Made by a program: the position numbers and the translations under genes. From Eledone cirrhosa (Eukaryota), in assembly GCA_964016885.1 (NCBI GenBank), contig OZ024741.1:282162001-282226000 (forward strand): DNA of 64,000 nucleotides, in the 5' to 3' direction. Of the stretch, positions 25,576-40,093 are shown piece by piece (position 1 is the stretch's first letter; each line of letters opens with the position of its first letter). The notes below the pieces were generated by a model. It worked only from the letters and a program-made list of their open reading frames with translations, did not search any database and was not told where the DNA came from.

Positions 25576-28500
25576 GAACAATAAGGTAGATGAAGCAGTC
25601 AAGGCCAAGAGACAGGCATGGAAAGAATGGAAGAACGGGGGAGCAGGGTACATTACATAGAGACCAAGAGGGAAGCTAGGCGACAAGTATACTTAGCTAG
25701 GAGGGAAGCAGAGGATAGAAAATTCAAGCATGTTTTACAACGTGAGGACCAGAAACAGGAGGTATTCAAGATTGCGAGGCAGTGTGTCAGAGATAGTTGT
25801 GATGTCATTGGAGAGAAGTGTATCCGGAATGATAAAGGTGAGCTTGCCCTCACAAGTGCTGAGAAGAAAGATGCATGGAAGAGTCATTATGATAGATTAC
25901 TAAATGAGGAGAATGCATGGGAAGAAGAGACCCTACCCCACGTAGACCCTATAGAGGGACCAGCAGTACAAGTCAGCGGCAGCGTAGTAAGTAAGGCAAT
26001 CAGAGATATGAAGATAGGGAAGGCAACCGGTCCATCGGGTATAGCTGCCGAGATGCTGAAGGCATCTGGGTCTGTAGGTCACACTATAACCACACGTATC
26101 GTTAACCAGGTAATACTAGAGGGGGCCATACCAAAAGATTGGTGCAGTAGCATCATTGTCAACTGCTACAAAGGTAAAGGCGATGCACTAGATAGAGGAA
26201 ACTATAGAGGTATAAAGTTGATGGACCAGGTCATGAAAGTAACAGAAAGAGTTATAGCACAGCTGATTAGGGACCGGGTGAATATAGACGAGATGCAATT
26301 TGGGTTTGTACCAGGGAAAGGCACCACTGATGCCCTCTTCCTTGTGAGGCAATTACAGGAAAAGTACCTAGCTAAAAGTAAGCCACTCTACTTGGCATTT
26401 GTCGACCTTGAGAAAGCCTTTGACAGAGTTCCACGTGCAGTAATCTGGTGGGCTCTTAGAAAACTAGGAGTAGATGAATGGCTTGTGAAAGCGGTACAAG
26501 CCATGTATAGGGGAGCAGTCAGCAAAGTTAGGATTGGCAATGAGTATAGCGAGGAATTTAGCGTACAGGTTGGGGTCCACCAGGGCTCTGTTCTTAGCCC
26601 TCTCCTGTTCATCATAGTCCTGCAGGCAATAACGGAGGAGTTTAAGACCGGATGCCCATGGGAACTCCTGTATGCTGATGACCTCGCACTCATAGCTGAA
26701 TCTATGGTAGAACTAGAGAATAAATTCCAAACCTGGAAGCAGGGACTAGAGAGAAAGGGCCTCAAAGTCAACATGACAAAGACTAAGGTCCTTGTAAGTA
26801 GACGAGAAAACAGAACCCAGATCCCCTCAGGGAAATGGCCTTGCTCAGTATGTAGGAAAGGTGTAGGTAGGAACTCTATTCTCTGCCCCAAATGCAAACA
26901 ATGGGTACACAAGAGATGTAGCGGGATCTCAGGAAGCTTAATTAAGAATGTAGGATTCACATGCAGCAGCTGTGCTGAAACAGCAAGCAAACAGCCACAG
27001 GAAACAAGTACCACCAATCTCTGGGAGGGCCCTGTAGAAACAGTAGACAGCTTCTGCTACCTAGGTGACCGAATTAGCAACGGAGGTGGGTGCTCAGAAA
27101 GTACAATAACTAGGGTAAGAACGGGATGGAAGAAGTTTAGGGAACTACTACCACTGCTAGCTGCAAAAGGCTTCTCCCTCAGAATGAAAGGCAGACTGTA
27201 TGATGCGTGTATCCGAACAGCGATGTTGCATGGTAGTGAGACCTGGGCGCTGAAGGTGGAAGACTTACGTAGATTAGAGAGAAACGAAGCCTGCATGCTC
27301 CGATGGATGTGTAACAGTAATATACGTGAACGACAAAGCATAAAGGAATTGAGAGAGAGACTGAGCATAAGAGGAATCAAATGCTGCGTGCAGGAGAGGC
27401 GGTTACGCTGGTATGGACATGTGATGCGTATGAAGGATGACAGCTGCATAAAAAGGTGCAGAGCACTAGAAGTTGATGGAAACCGCGGAGTGGGGAGACC
27501 CAAGATGACTTGGGATGAGGTGATGAAAGCCGACCTTACCCAACTACACCTCTCAAAGTCAATGACACATGACCGTGACTTCTGGCGTCACGCAGTAATA
27601 CAGGGTACCCGACCTCCCATGGGTACATGCTGAAGCATATAAACAATATGCCCCCCCCCCCCCACCGCAAGGTGGCCGTGGAGGTGCCACGGCAAAAAAG
27701 CACCCAGCCCACACTGTAAAGTGGACGTGTAGGCGCCACGAAAAAGCACCCAGCACTCACTGTAAATGAGGTTGGTGTTAGGAAGGGCATCCAGCTGTAG
27801 AAATCAAGCCAGATCAGTTCCTGTATGAGCAAGGCATGGTCAGCCGACCAGACACTGCCCACAACAGGACAACCCGTCTAACCCATGCTAGCGTGGAAGA
27901 ACGGACGTAAAACGGTGATGATGATGATGATGATGATATTGTAGTACAAACTTGGGTTTAGAGCACTCAGTCCATAGGATGAGTTAAGTATAGTTAGTTA
28001 CAACAGTGACATATACAGGTAATTAAGTTTCATAGGGTTATTTACCTCAACTCTTTTTTTATTTTTATTATGACAAGCTGTCCTGTACTGTCCTTAATGT
28101 CTACTTTATGTAAACCCTTGTGGTTAATAAAGAAAGCATTATTATGACAAGCTGGATGAGCTGGGGGTAAACTACCCAACAAAACTTAAGTACTGGTATA
28201 TGTCACTGTTGTAAATGATCTTATATAAATATATATAAGCAAGTGAGAATGAAGTATTAATTTAGCATCTTATACATATTCTTGAAGGTATATAGATGGC
28301 ATTTTCATTCCGAACCATTGTCATTTCAAAGATAAACTCTGTAGAATTTATCCTAGTAATTTAGAGGCAAACAAGAGTGGTTGTGATGTAAATAGGGTCA
28401 ATGATTCAGACATCTTTATTGAAAAGGACAGTAAGTCTATTGTAATAAGTGTATTCAATAAGACTAATGCCTTTTGCATCCAGCTGTATCCAAATATAAG

Positions 28501-31500
28501 GGGACATTATTTTTTTTCTTGCTAATTAAGATACAGTAGGATTAGCAGCCGGACTATGGTTTTTATGGATGCCCTTCTTACTACCAACCACTTTACAGAC
28601 TGAACTGGGTGTGTTTTAACACTAAAGAGGTTTCTGTGCCCTAGACACAACTGAGGAGTCCTTTCAGCCCTATATTTGGCAAGTTTTCTACAGCTGGATG
28701 TTCTTCCTAATGATAATCACTTTACAGGATGTACTGGGTGTATTTAATCATAATACCTGTACTAGGGAGGTTTTCATGCTCTTGACACAACTGAAGAGTC
28801 TTTGCAATCCTTTGTTTAGCAGGTTTTCTATGGTTGGATGCCCTTCCTATAACCAACCAATTTACAGAGTGTACTGGGTACATTTTAACATGGCCCCAGC
28901 ACCGGTGCAGTTGTATCATTTATTGGATGTAATGTTTACCTACCTTTGGTAATCCACAGTCACACTCTTCACCATCTTCAACAAAGTTGTTTCCACACGA
29001 TGTATGGAACAAGAATTCAGGTTTGTTGTATAAACAGTAATCCATGCCCATTTCAAAAGCTTCTTTTATGGCTGCTTTAGAACAACTTGACCAATTTGGA
29101 GAACTTCTATCACTATTAAAATAAATACAGAATATATACCCTTTTGATAGGAAATCGCCCACAACTGTCACTGGCATTATAATACAAAACTGTGTTTAAA
29201 AGTGTTTAGCATCATCATCATCATCATTTAACATCTATTGTCCAAGCTTGCGTGAGTTAGATGGGTTCTCACGTTAAAAATAATCTTATGTAAAAACCTT
29301 TGTTAAGTTGTGCTACAACCATCAATTTAATAATGAGAAAGTTATATTATTAAATCCCACCAAATTCCTGATTATTGGTAATTTAAAACTGTAATTTATT
29401 AGTTAATTTATTTGTGTTCTTGTCAAGTCAGCTATTATAACCCAATGGAGTTCAGCTATGGCCACCCAGGAAACATATATTCATATGTATACATTAGCCT
29501 AAATAAACTCATACACATTATTATGCTCAGAGCAATATACAAATAATTATGCAGAGTAAAACACACATATACACTCACAATTTATGAGTTCAAAAACATT
29601 GTTGGTAAACCCAGTGAAGATCATGAGGTATGTTTATTTATAACTTCTATTTAATGTTTATTAACAATAAACATCCTATACGAAATGAAGATGCATTAGC
29701 ATAAATATTCTTGAAAAACTACAAAACAACACTATCAAAGCATCACATTGAAAATTAAAGTTTTCCGATCTGTCTGCTAGTAAAGATACTACACACATTT
29801 GAATTAACAAACTACATGAAACCACATTAACAAGACATTCTTGAAAAGTACAAAACAGCACTATGACTGCATCGCATTACACCTTTTGAAACAATCTGTC
29901 CATACTACAAACATTTGAATCAACAAATCCATTTTCAGATATTTTCTGCTAAACCATTACATAATCTTAAGAGTTAATTTCATGATTATGCATACACAAA
30001 AGGAGAGTTATTATAAAACTTCAAGAAATGATACTTACCCACTTGTTGCTTCCATGATACATTTGGCAGAATCTCCAGGACAAACACAGTTATCACCATC
30101 ATGAAGCATTCCTAAATTGTGTCCAAGTTCATGAGCCACTGTCATGGCTACACTTGCCACTGTAGAATGAGTGTGGTCCTGTAATAAAGAGAGTAGTTTC
30201 ACTGTCAGAAATTAGAAACAAGAAATTTCATTACAAATTACTGTTCTTGTTGTTGATCTGCAGGTCAGCTCAGATCAAGGAGGCTAGTGATTATAGAATT
30301 CCAGCCATGACCATCCTATCTCATTTTCAGACAATATATCTGGGCTTATATCATTCAGTACCTTTACTAGGAGACATATCAGAAAGACCTTAATTTTCAA
30401 TGTGATGTTTTGATTGTGCTGTTTTGTACTTTTTTATATTTTCAAAATGGTAATGTATGGTTTGAGGGAATCTGACTGATGTTTTTAGTAAGTCAAATAA
30501 CCTTGTAAAGACTCCCTTGTTGACTCTTTACTATTTTGTAAAAGATTACATGTTTGAATATCAGTACACAATGTTTATAAATTGTACAGAAATTTGAAAT
30601 TGGTAGAAATAGCTTTAAATAAATTACTGAAATGTTTGTGTGCGGCTGTACCACTATCTGATATATGGACTCTATTGAAATTCTTACATAACTTGTCTGG
30701 GGTCTTTAATATGTACAATAGTTCTTCCACACATTTTGTTTCTACACATTTTGTTGCAGGTTTGCATTTTGGGTTTGAATTTGAACAGCAGTAACACTGC
30801 GAGAGTGCTGGCTTGCCTCAAAAAGTATTAGAGGGAGGCTACAGCACCCTTTCTAGTGTGTGACCAATTGACACACTTAGTGTTGACATAATATTTTCTT
30901 TCATTTTGAGTCTATATTTTCATGTGAAATATTTATGTAACTAAGTAGTAAAGATATATGTGTTAAATTTTGACAGCTGCGGCATTTGTGTTTGTAATTT
31001 CAAGCTATCTATTATTGTTAGCATATTTCTTTGGGGGAAAATGTGAATTTTGGTGTCATGTAATTTCATGGCATCATTATAATGAATTTGAACAAAATTG
31101 CAAGAACAGCATCTGATACATACAAAAGCTTTAAAACTAGTGGCAGTTTCAGGTGGTGTGGTATCAAAAGGGTTAAGTGAGACATTTTGATTAGTCTGTA
31201 TCTGTGTTTCTACAAAACTATTTGATCTCGGAAACTTTTGAGATGATGTAATGTCAGTTTGTTGAACTGATACTATGTATGCAGTACAAGATAGGTTAGT
31301 GCCACTGATGACAGCGTGAGTAATGTCAGTATAGAGTATGTACAGTGTGAGTTTGTGTGTGAGAGAGAGAGAGAGAGAGAATAAGAGAAAGGGGAATAAT
31401 GAGAGTGGCATTTTAGACATTTCTGTTAAGCCAACAACATTAAACACCAAAGAATAGCGAGCAGCTCTCTTAAGATGTTAATGAAAGTTTGATTGAAAAA

Positions 31501-32844
31501 TAAAAAGAAAAAAGAAAATATGTAATTTTCTATTATATGATATGATTTTAAAATGTAATGAATATTTGAGAATTTGGTTGTTTATAATCAGTGCTTCTCC
31601 AATCTTTGGCTAACTGATTGCCATGAATAAAGCATAAGTTTCCATTGAAGACTAATGAGCAAATGTTTGCTCATGGTCACTCTGTTGTTGCTCTAAGGGC
31701 TAAACTTTCAGTTGGATCATATTATGGATCTTTTCTTTTTAATTTGCTGATGTAACTTTTTATTCATAAGGCTGTGTATATCCAGTTTACAATAAGTACA
31801 CTGTATTCCTGCATGTCATAAAAAGTGACTAGGCTGGTGTGAGGAAGGGCTGTAAAACATTCCCTCAAAAACTCCTGTCCAACCCAAGCCAGTATGGAAA
31901 AGTTAACACATAAATGATGATGTTGAAAAAGAAAAGAAATTTAATTGATTTTAGTGTTTAATTCAGTACAATGCAATGCATATCACATAGAGAGAGCAAC
32001 TGTATGGTGTCTCTTTTTACAGGAGAGTGCAGTTTCAATTTCTCTTATGCTGGTAGCACTAGGACCACTGGTGCCTATACATCAATAATATAAGATGTAT
32101 TGTTGTGTGAGCTGCAGTTATTTTATTGATATGAAATGTCAGCACTACCATAATATTTGATTGCTGTTCCAGTATATGCCTGCTAACTATAAATCTATAA
32201 ATTTATTTCATAGTACCCTCTTGCATTGAATATAGAATCTCTAGGTATATCATAGAAATACATGTACTTACACTGTTGACTCCACCAGATGATTGATGCA
32301 TACATATTTTCCCTTGCGATGCCTTGCCGATAACGCCATTAGCAAACTTGAAACCGCTGTAAAAAAAAAAATATATATATATATTGATAAGTAAACAAAG
32401 GAAGTATGTTTGGAATTTGGTGAGCAAAGTTTAGAATTGAAATGGAAATAGAAGCTTCACCATAGCATTGACTAAATAATATAGTGTAATAATGGAGGCA
32501 CATGGCTTAGTGGTTAGAGCATTGGCCTTGCAATCGAAAGGTTGTGAGTTCAATTCTCAGAACGGGTGATGTGTTGTTTCCTTGAGCAAGAGACTTTATT
32601 TCCCATTGCTCCAGTTTACTCAGCTGTAGAAATGAGATGATAGGACTGGGATCCCTATCATTCCACTGCAAAGTGGTCGTGTAGGTGCCACGGCAAAAAA
32701 GCACCCAGTACTCACTGTAAATGAGGTTGGTGTTAGGAAGGGCATCCAGCTGTAGAAATCAAGCCAGAATCAGTTCCCGTCCCACCCTTGCAAGCAGGGA
32801 AAAGCGGACGTAAAATGAAATGATGATGATGATGATGATGATAT

Positions 32845-32903
<59 letters not shown>

Positions 32904-33677
32904 CATATATATATATACATATACATATATATATATATATATATATTAATAAAAGGAATTCCAACTTTGTCTGATTTACTCGTTTTATTTACAATCCTTT
33001 AAAATTTATAATGGTATTAGAATGAAATAGTATGGTAGAATATTAAATGTTAAGTGTTAATTGAACAAGTACTTTCATGCTTTCACAATCTTCAGGTTCA
33101 TAATGTGTGGTGACAGTCAAGTTTGCAATTTTCAACTGTAATGAGATTATTATTATTATTGTTGTTGTTGTTAGTGGTCATAGTAACAACAACAACACTA
33201 ACAACAACAACAATAATAATAATAATAAAAGTGATGTTGATGGTGATGAGTACTAGAAAATGCTATTTTCATCATTTCTAAAAATAGCAAAACAATTGAT
33301 GCTTTGGATAGGATCAATTAGTGGTCGTTAGACATGCTCAACCAACCGTGACGCCTAAACCAATCAGCTTGAGTAATTCAGTGAAACTACACACCGATTG
33401 GTCGAAATACAGTTTGCAAGATTTAGCATTCTGGAGCCACTTTTCACTGTATATAAGGTACAAAATTTACCCATCTCATTACAGTTGAAAATTGCAAACT
33501 TGACTGTCACCACACATTATGAACCTGAAGATTGCGGAAGCATGAAAGTACTTGTTCAATTAACACTTAACATTTAATATTCTACCATACTATTTCATTC
33601 TAATACCATTATAAATTTTAAAGGATTGTAAATAAAACGAGTAAATCAGACAAAGTTGGAATTCCTTTTATTAATAT

Positions 33678-33724
<47 letters not shown>

Positions 33725-34262
33725 TGGTTACACAACAGTTAGTTCACCATACCGAGAACAATTGTTTCACCTTAGCGGATCTTCAGCTCGGAATGGGCAT
33801 GGTTATAGGAACAGTAAGGACAACCGTACGAACTCGCATGCGCAGAAATCCGGTCACTTCACACAGGCAATACTAGACTGAGTGCAAGAGGTGTAAGGGA
33901 GATAACTGTGAAAGTCCGAAAAGTTTTTAGGTTGAAAATAAAATTACAAAGAATCAGTCCAGAGCCTTGTAGTTATGCAATAGGTGTTTGGCGATGTGTG
34001 GATAACGTGTGAAAAATTCACTTCTCGTGTTTAGGCAATCACTATTGCGTAATCTCTTTAGAATAGTTATTCGTTCGTCAATACATAAGCCACACGTCGG
34101 ATTTCCCCTTGCGTATGGCTTGGACTTAGTAATGGCTTTCCATTGTATGGAGTAGTGTATACTTGAGTCCTTGAGGGACCATACGTGGCTCGCGAGTTTC
34201 GTGGATGAACGTCTGACAGGTATCTGAAGGTAGACTGGTATTGATCTCATTTTATATATATG

Positions 34263-34354
<92 letters not shown>

Positions 34355-37300
34355 TATTTATATATTTATATATATATATATATATATGTATATTTATATA
34401 TATACATATATATAAAATGAGATCAATATCCCCACAGGTACTAAGTACCCACTGAAATATATAGGGTGTCTATAAAACAGTTGTTCAATGGTATTAATTT
34501 GAGATACCAGAACTATAAAATTGGGATGAGCGGAACAAGCAAAATTTAAACAATCTTTCAAAATAAATTCAAAATACAATTTAAATATTTACCTACCCAT
34601 AATGCTTTTACCGACGGTTTCGCCTCATAAAAGATTGGAAATCCAAGGGACTTCCAATGGAAAGATCGGCTCTTCAGAAAGCATTTTCCCTCACATAGGA
34701 CATATAGTCCCATAGCAGGCAAATACATTGCCTTCAGCCAGCTAGTGAATTCCGTGGGTACTTAGTACCTATGGGGATATTGATCTCATTGTATGTATAT
34801 TTTCCCATGTGTAGAGAAAAAAATCCGTTGTAAACCTAGCTGCTATTTTTAGTAGTGTGGCAAACAACACGTCTATAATATTCCCGCTTCTTCTAACGAC
34901 CAGTTCACGTGTAGGTCATGTTTACGACCCCACTCGATCTTTCACTAGCTGGCTGAAGGCATTGTATTTGCCTGCTATGGGACTATATGTCCTATGTGAG
35001 GGGAAATGCTTTCTGAAGAGCCGATCTTTCTATTGGAAGTCCCTTGGATTTCCAATCTTTTGTGAGGCGAAACCGTCGGTAAAAGCAATATGGATACGTA
35101 AATATTTAAATTGTATTTTGAATTTATTTTGAAAGATTGTTTAAATTTTGCTTGTTCCGCTCATCTCAATTATATACATATATATACATAGATATATATA
35201 CATATATACATATATATACATACCTATATACATATATATATATACATACATATATACATAAGACTGCTGGAACAGGTAAAATATATATATATATATATAT
35301 ATACATACATACATATATATACATACATATCATCATCATCATCATCACTGTTTTACGTCCGTTCTTCCATGCTAGCATGGGTTAAACGGGTTGTCCTGTT
35401 GTGGGCAGTGTCTGGTCGGCTGACCATGCCTTGCTCATACAGGAACTGATTTGGCTTGATTTCTACAGCTGGATGCCCTTCCTCACACCAACCTCATTTA
35501 CAGTGAGTGCTGGGTGCTTTTTCGTGGCGCCTACATGTTCACTTTACAGTGTGGGCTGGGTGCTTTTTTGCCGTGGCACCTCCATGACCACCTTGCAGTG
35601 GGGGGTGTGGGGGCATATTGTCTATATGCTTCAGCTTGTACCCATGGGAGGTCGGATACTCTGTATTACTGCGTGACGCCAGAGGTCACGGTCGTGTGTC
35701 ATCGCCTTTGAGAGGTGTAATTGGGTAAGGTCGGCTTTTATCACCTCATCCCAGGTCATCTTGAGTCTCTCCACTCCGCGGTTTCCATCGACTTCTAGTG
35801 CTCTGTACCTTTTTATGCAGCTGTCATCCTTCATACGCATCACATGTCCATACCAGCGCAACCGCCTCTCCTGCACACAGCATTTGATTCCTCTTATTCT
35901 CAGTCTCTCTCTCAATTCCTTTATGCTTTGTCGTTCGCGTATATTACTGTTACACATCCATCGGAGCATGCAGGCTTCGTTTCTCTCTAATCTACGTAAG
36001 TCTTCGACCTTCAGCGCCCAGGTCTCACTACCATGCAACATCGCTGTTCGGATACACGCATCATACATATATATACACATAAGACTGGCGTAGCAGCATC
36101 ATCATTAACTGCTACAAGGGTAAAGGGGATGCTCTAGATAGGGGAAACTATAGAGGCATTAAGTTAGTTGACCAGGTTATGAAGGTCATAGAAAGAGTTA
36201 TAGCGCAACTAATCAGAGAGCGAATTGATCTAGATGAAATGCAGTTTGGGTTTGTGTCTGGTAAAAGTACCACAGACGCTCTTTTCCTTGTACGACAACT
36301 ACAGGAGAAGTACCTAACTAAAAGTAAAGCCCTCTACTTAGCATTTGTAGACCTGGAGAAAGCTTTGACAGAGTCGCCCGCTCCATTATCTGGTGGGCTC
36401 TTAAAAAACTAGGTGTAGATGAATGGCTTGTGAGAGCTATACAAGCCATGTATAAAGAAACAGTCAGTAAGGTTAGAATTAACAATAAATATAGTGAAGA
36501 ATTTAGTGTAAAAGTTGGTGTTCATCAAGGCTCTGTCCTTAGTCCCCTCCTATTTATTATTGCCCTTCAGACTATAACAGAGGAGTTTAAGACTGGCTGC
36601 CCATGGGAACTCCTATAAGCAGATGATCTAACTCTCATAGCTGAATCTATGGCTGAACTAGAGAAGAAATTCCAAACATGGAAGCATGGCCTAGAGTCAA
36701 AAGGCCTTAAAGTTGACTTGTCTAAGACTAAAGTTCTAGTTTGTAGAAAGGAAAATAGGGCACAGGTGCCCTCAGGGAAATGGCCATGCTCAGTGTATAG
36801 GAAAGGTGTAGGTAGAAATTCCATTTTATATGCCAAATGCAAACTATGGGTACATAAAGGATGTAGTGGGATCACAGGTAAACTATCTAAGAACGTAGAT
36901 TTTATATGTGGCCGATGCTCAGGTCAATAAGTAGCAAGTGACCACAGGACAATAGTTCCTTCTATTGCCCAGATGGTTCTATAGAAATAGCGGACACTTT
37001 CCGTTACCTGGGTGACAAAATCGGCAGTGGTGGAGGGTGCTCTGAAAGTACAGTAGCCAGAGTCAGAACGGGATGGAAAAAGTTCAGAGAGCTTATGCTG
37101 CTGTTAGCGACAAAAGGTTTCTCTCTAAAAATGAAAGGCAGATTGTATGATGCCTGTATACGAACAGCAATGCTACATGGCAGTGAGACATGGGCATTGC
37201 GTGCAGAGGACCTGCGCAGACTGGTAAGGAATGAAGCACGCATGCTTCGTTGGATGTGTAAAAGTAATATATGTGAGAAATTAGGAATAAGAGGGATCAG

Positions 37301-37620
37301 ATGCTGTTTACTTGAGAGAAGACTACGCTTGTACGGTCACGTGATGCGCATGAAAGACAGCTGTATAAAAAAGTGCGGGGCGATCAAAATAGACGGTAGC
37401 CACGGAGTAGGCAGACCCAGAAAAACCTGGGACGATTTGATAAATTCCGACCTTACAGACTTACACCTCTCCAAGACAATGTCACTGGACCAAGATCTTT
37501 GGCGCTACGCAGTAATACAGAAGACCCGCCTTGGCTAAGTACAAAGCGAAACATACATTCAGTAGGCACCTCTTAATCAAAATATGTATATACATATATT
37601 TATATATATACATATATAAA

Positions 37621-37670
<50 letters not shown>

Positions 37671-39808
37671 AGTTAATATAAATTAATATACGATAAACAC
37701 ATAAGTGTTTGTATTGCAAAAGACGAAGTTAGGTAGAATGAAATAAACTAATTAAAATAAATATAGTTTGCCTGTCTCGATTTAAAATAATAAATCAATA
37801 AAAACAAACCCATATTGGCAAAAGCCGTGATTTCTGGACAAATTTAAATTTCAAAATCCAAACCTGTTCCGTAGAAGAATTTGAACTTCAAAACCCAAGT
37901 AGTTAACAGAAGGCAGACATAACAAAATAACTTACACTAGCAACTGTGCATTGTCATTAGATAGGTATGGGTTTATTCGTTGTTGGCGGTAATGCAAGAA
38001 TCTCGTAAGGGTTTCCTGAGGATTTCCACGATCAATCAAAATGGGTACCTTCGTTCTTTCTCTCCAAATCTCAACACCAACAAGACCAATATAAAGGTTT
38101 AAAGGTCGATAAATCTAAAATGGATTTAACAAGAGCATAAATACATAAGTGTACATTGAAGACATCTGTAATCTTTAAATGTTCATTCATTTAATTCAGT
38201 GGTGTTACTCATAGAAATACATACAAGACCTATCCTCACAGGAAACTACTCAAAAACAAGATTTGATACTTTATGACATCAATTATAACAATGGTTTCTG
38301 ATTTAGGCACAAGGCCAACAATTATTTGGCATGGTAAAGTCGAGTAAATTAACCTAAGTGTTTTACTGGTACTTTATTTTATCAATCCTGTAAGGATGAA
38401 AGGCAAATCTAACATCAAAAGGATTTGAACTCAGAACGTAAAGGGATGTAACTATGTTACAAAGCATTTTGTCTGACACTCTACCGATAATGCCAATCCA
38501 CTAATAAGAACAAACTATGAAGAAATATTTACCATATTTACTGTATTTGCAATATTGATTAATCTTCTTTCCATCTCCTCTTTGTGGTTACTGAACTGAA
38601 AATTAAAATATAATCAGAAGTTTGAACATCCAGTTGACTTAAGAAACATTATGAAATTTGAAATCAGCAGAAGGGCACCCAGGAGTTATGACATGGATGT
38701 GGCCTGGCCTCCTTAGAGTGTAAGAATTAAGGGTCAAAATACTCGCTTGAGGCGAGGAGGGGTTTCTTCTCTGAAGACCCTCTGCTGTCCAGCTCTCCTG
38801 AGAGTTTCTTACCATTTTGTTCCACAACACCATTATGTAATAATATTTTACCAATTTCTGACTGTAAGCCATATTCATTCAAAACTATAGGAAATACAAA
38901 TTTCATGTTGAAAATGAAATAGGTGTAATATTCACCTCTAAAGTGAAACTATTTTAGCACCTCATTTATGAAGAATTTTGAAGTTGGTGGAAATCAGCAA
39001 AATATTGACCTGGAATATGAGCTGACCCTTCCCCTCCCATTTTATCATGTCTTTTTTTTGTAACATATTTCTTGAGTTATATATTAATATATATGGTAAT
39101 TATTTAGAAAGTTATTATGTGACAAAATTGCAGTTTACAAAAGAAAGGAAGAACCACAGAAAAGAAAGTAGTTAAGTTACTACCATAGTAATGAAATAAT
39201 TTTTGTAAATCTCTTCAAATTCTTAATCAATTAATTAATTGAAATGTGGTAATGAAAAGGTTAAAATCTAATTAAAAAATAAAACTAGTTAAAAATACAT
39301 CTTATGTATGGACCCATAATTCCCGATGGAGTTTGAGGAATCTAAAACCTGGTGGAGTCTATCTATTCTCCGAACAAAGGTCATTTCCTCCAGAGAAGGG
39401 GCGAGAGAGAGAGAGAATGATAGAGAGGTAGTGAGAGAGATAGAGAGGTAGTGAGAGAGAGAGAGGTAGTGAGAGAGAGAGAGAGGTAGTGAGAGAGAGA
39501 GAGAGAGAGAGAGAATGATAGAGAGGTAGTGAGAAAGTGATATAGGTATGGCTGCGTGATTAATCAGCTTGAAGAGTAACCAATCTTAAATAATGAATAT
39601 ATATATATATATATACATATATACATATATATACATATATACATATACATATATATACATATACATATATATATACATATATATACATATATATATATAC
39701 ATATATATATACATATATATATATATGTATATATATATACATATATATATACATATATATATACATATATATATATATACATATATATATACATATATAT
39801 ATATATAC

Positions 39809-39839
<31 letters not shown>

Positions 39840-39936
39840 CATATATATATACATATACATATATATATATATATACATATATATATACATATATATACAT
39901 ATATATATATGTATATATATATACATATATATATAC

Positions 39937-40000
<64 letters not shown>

Positions 40001-40041
40001 ATATATATACATATATATATACATATATATATATACACATA

Positions 40042-40093
<52 letters not shown>

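Larger units (their letters stand above)
32945..33677. mobile_element. PLE pLTR with inverted copy (arms 32945-33147 and 33473-33677)
   Basis: ~200-bp near-perfect inverted repeat, microsatellite flanks, hammerhead in each arm. Confidence 0.8.
34415..35171. mobile_element. PLE pLTR with nested inversions (34519-34749/34941-35171 and 34417-34452/34754-34790)
   Basis: Inverted repeats, (TA)n flanks, hammerhead in each long arm. Confidence 0.78.

Noticed and set aside
26388-27503. ORFs antisense to RTE copies (also 2866-3447, 3843-4358, 13959-14573, 57200-57871)
   Set aside because: Shadow frames of LINE RT coding sequence
30941-31450. 169-aa minus-strand ORF
   Set aside because: Intronic, includes (TC)n, no recognisable motif or required exon
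32494-32565. tRNA genes (also 23060, 23760, 55163)
   Set aside because: A/B boxes continue into SINE cores with no proper acceptor stem; these are SINE heads
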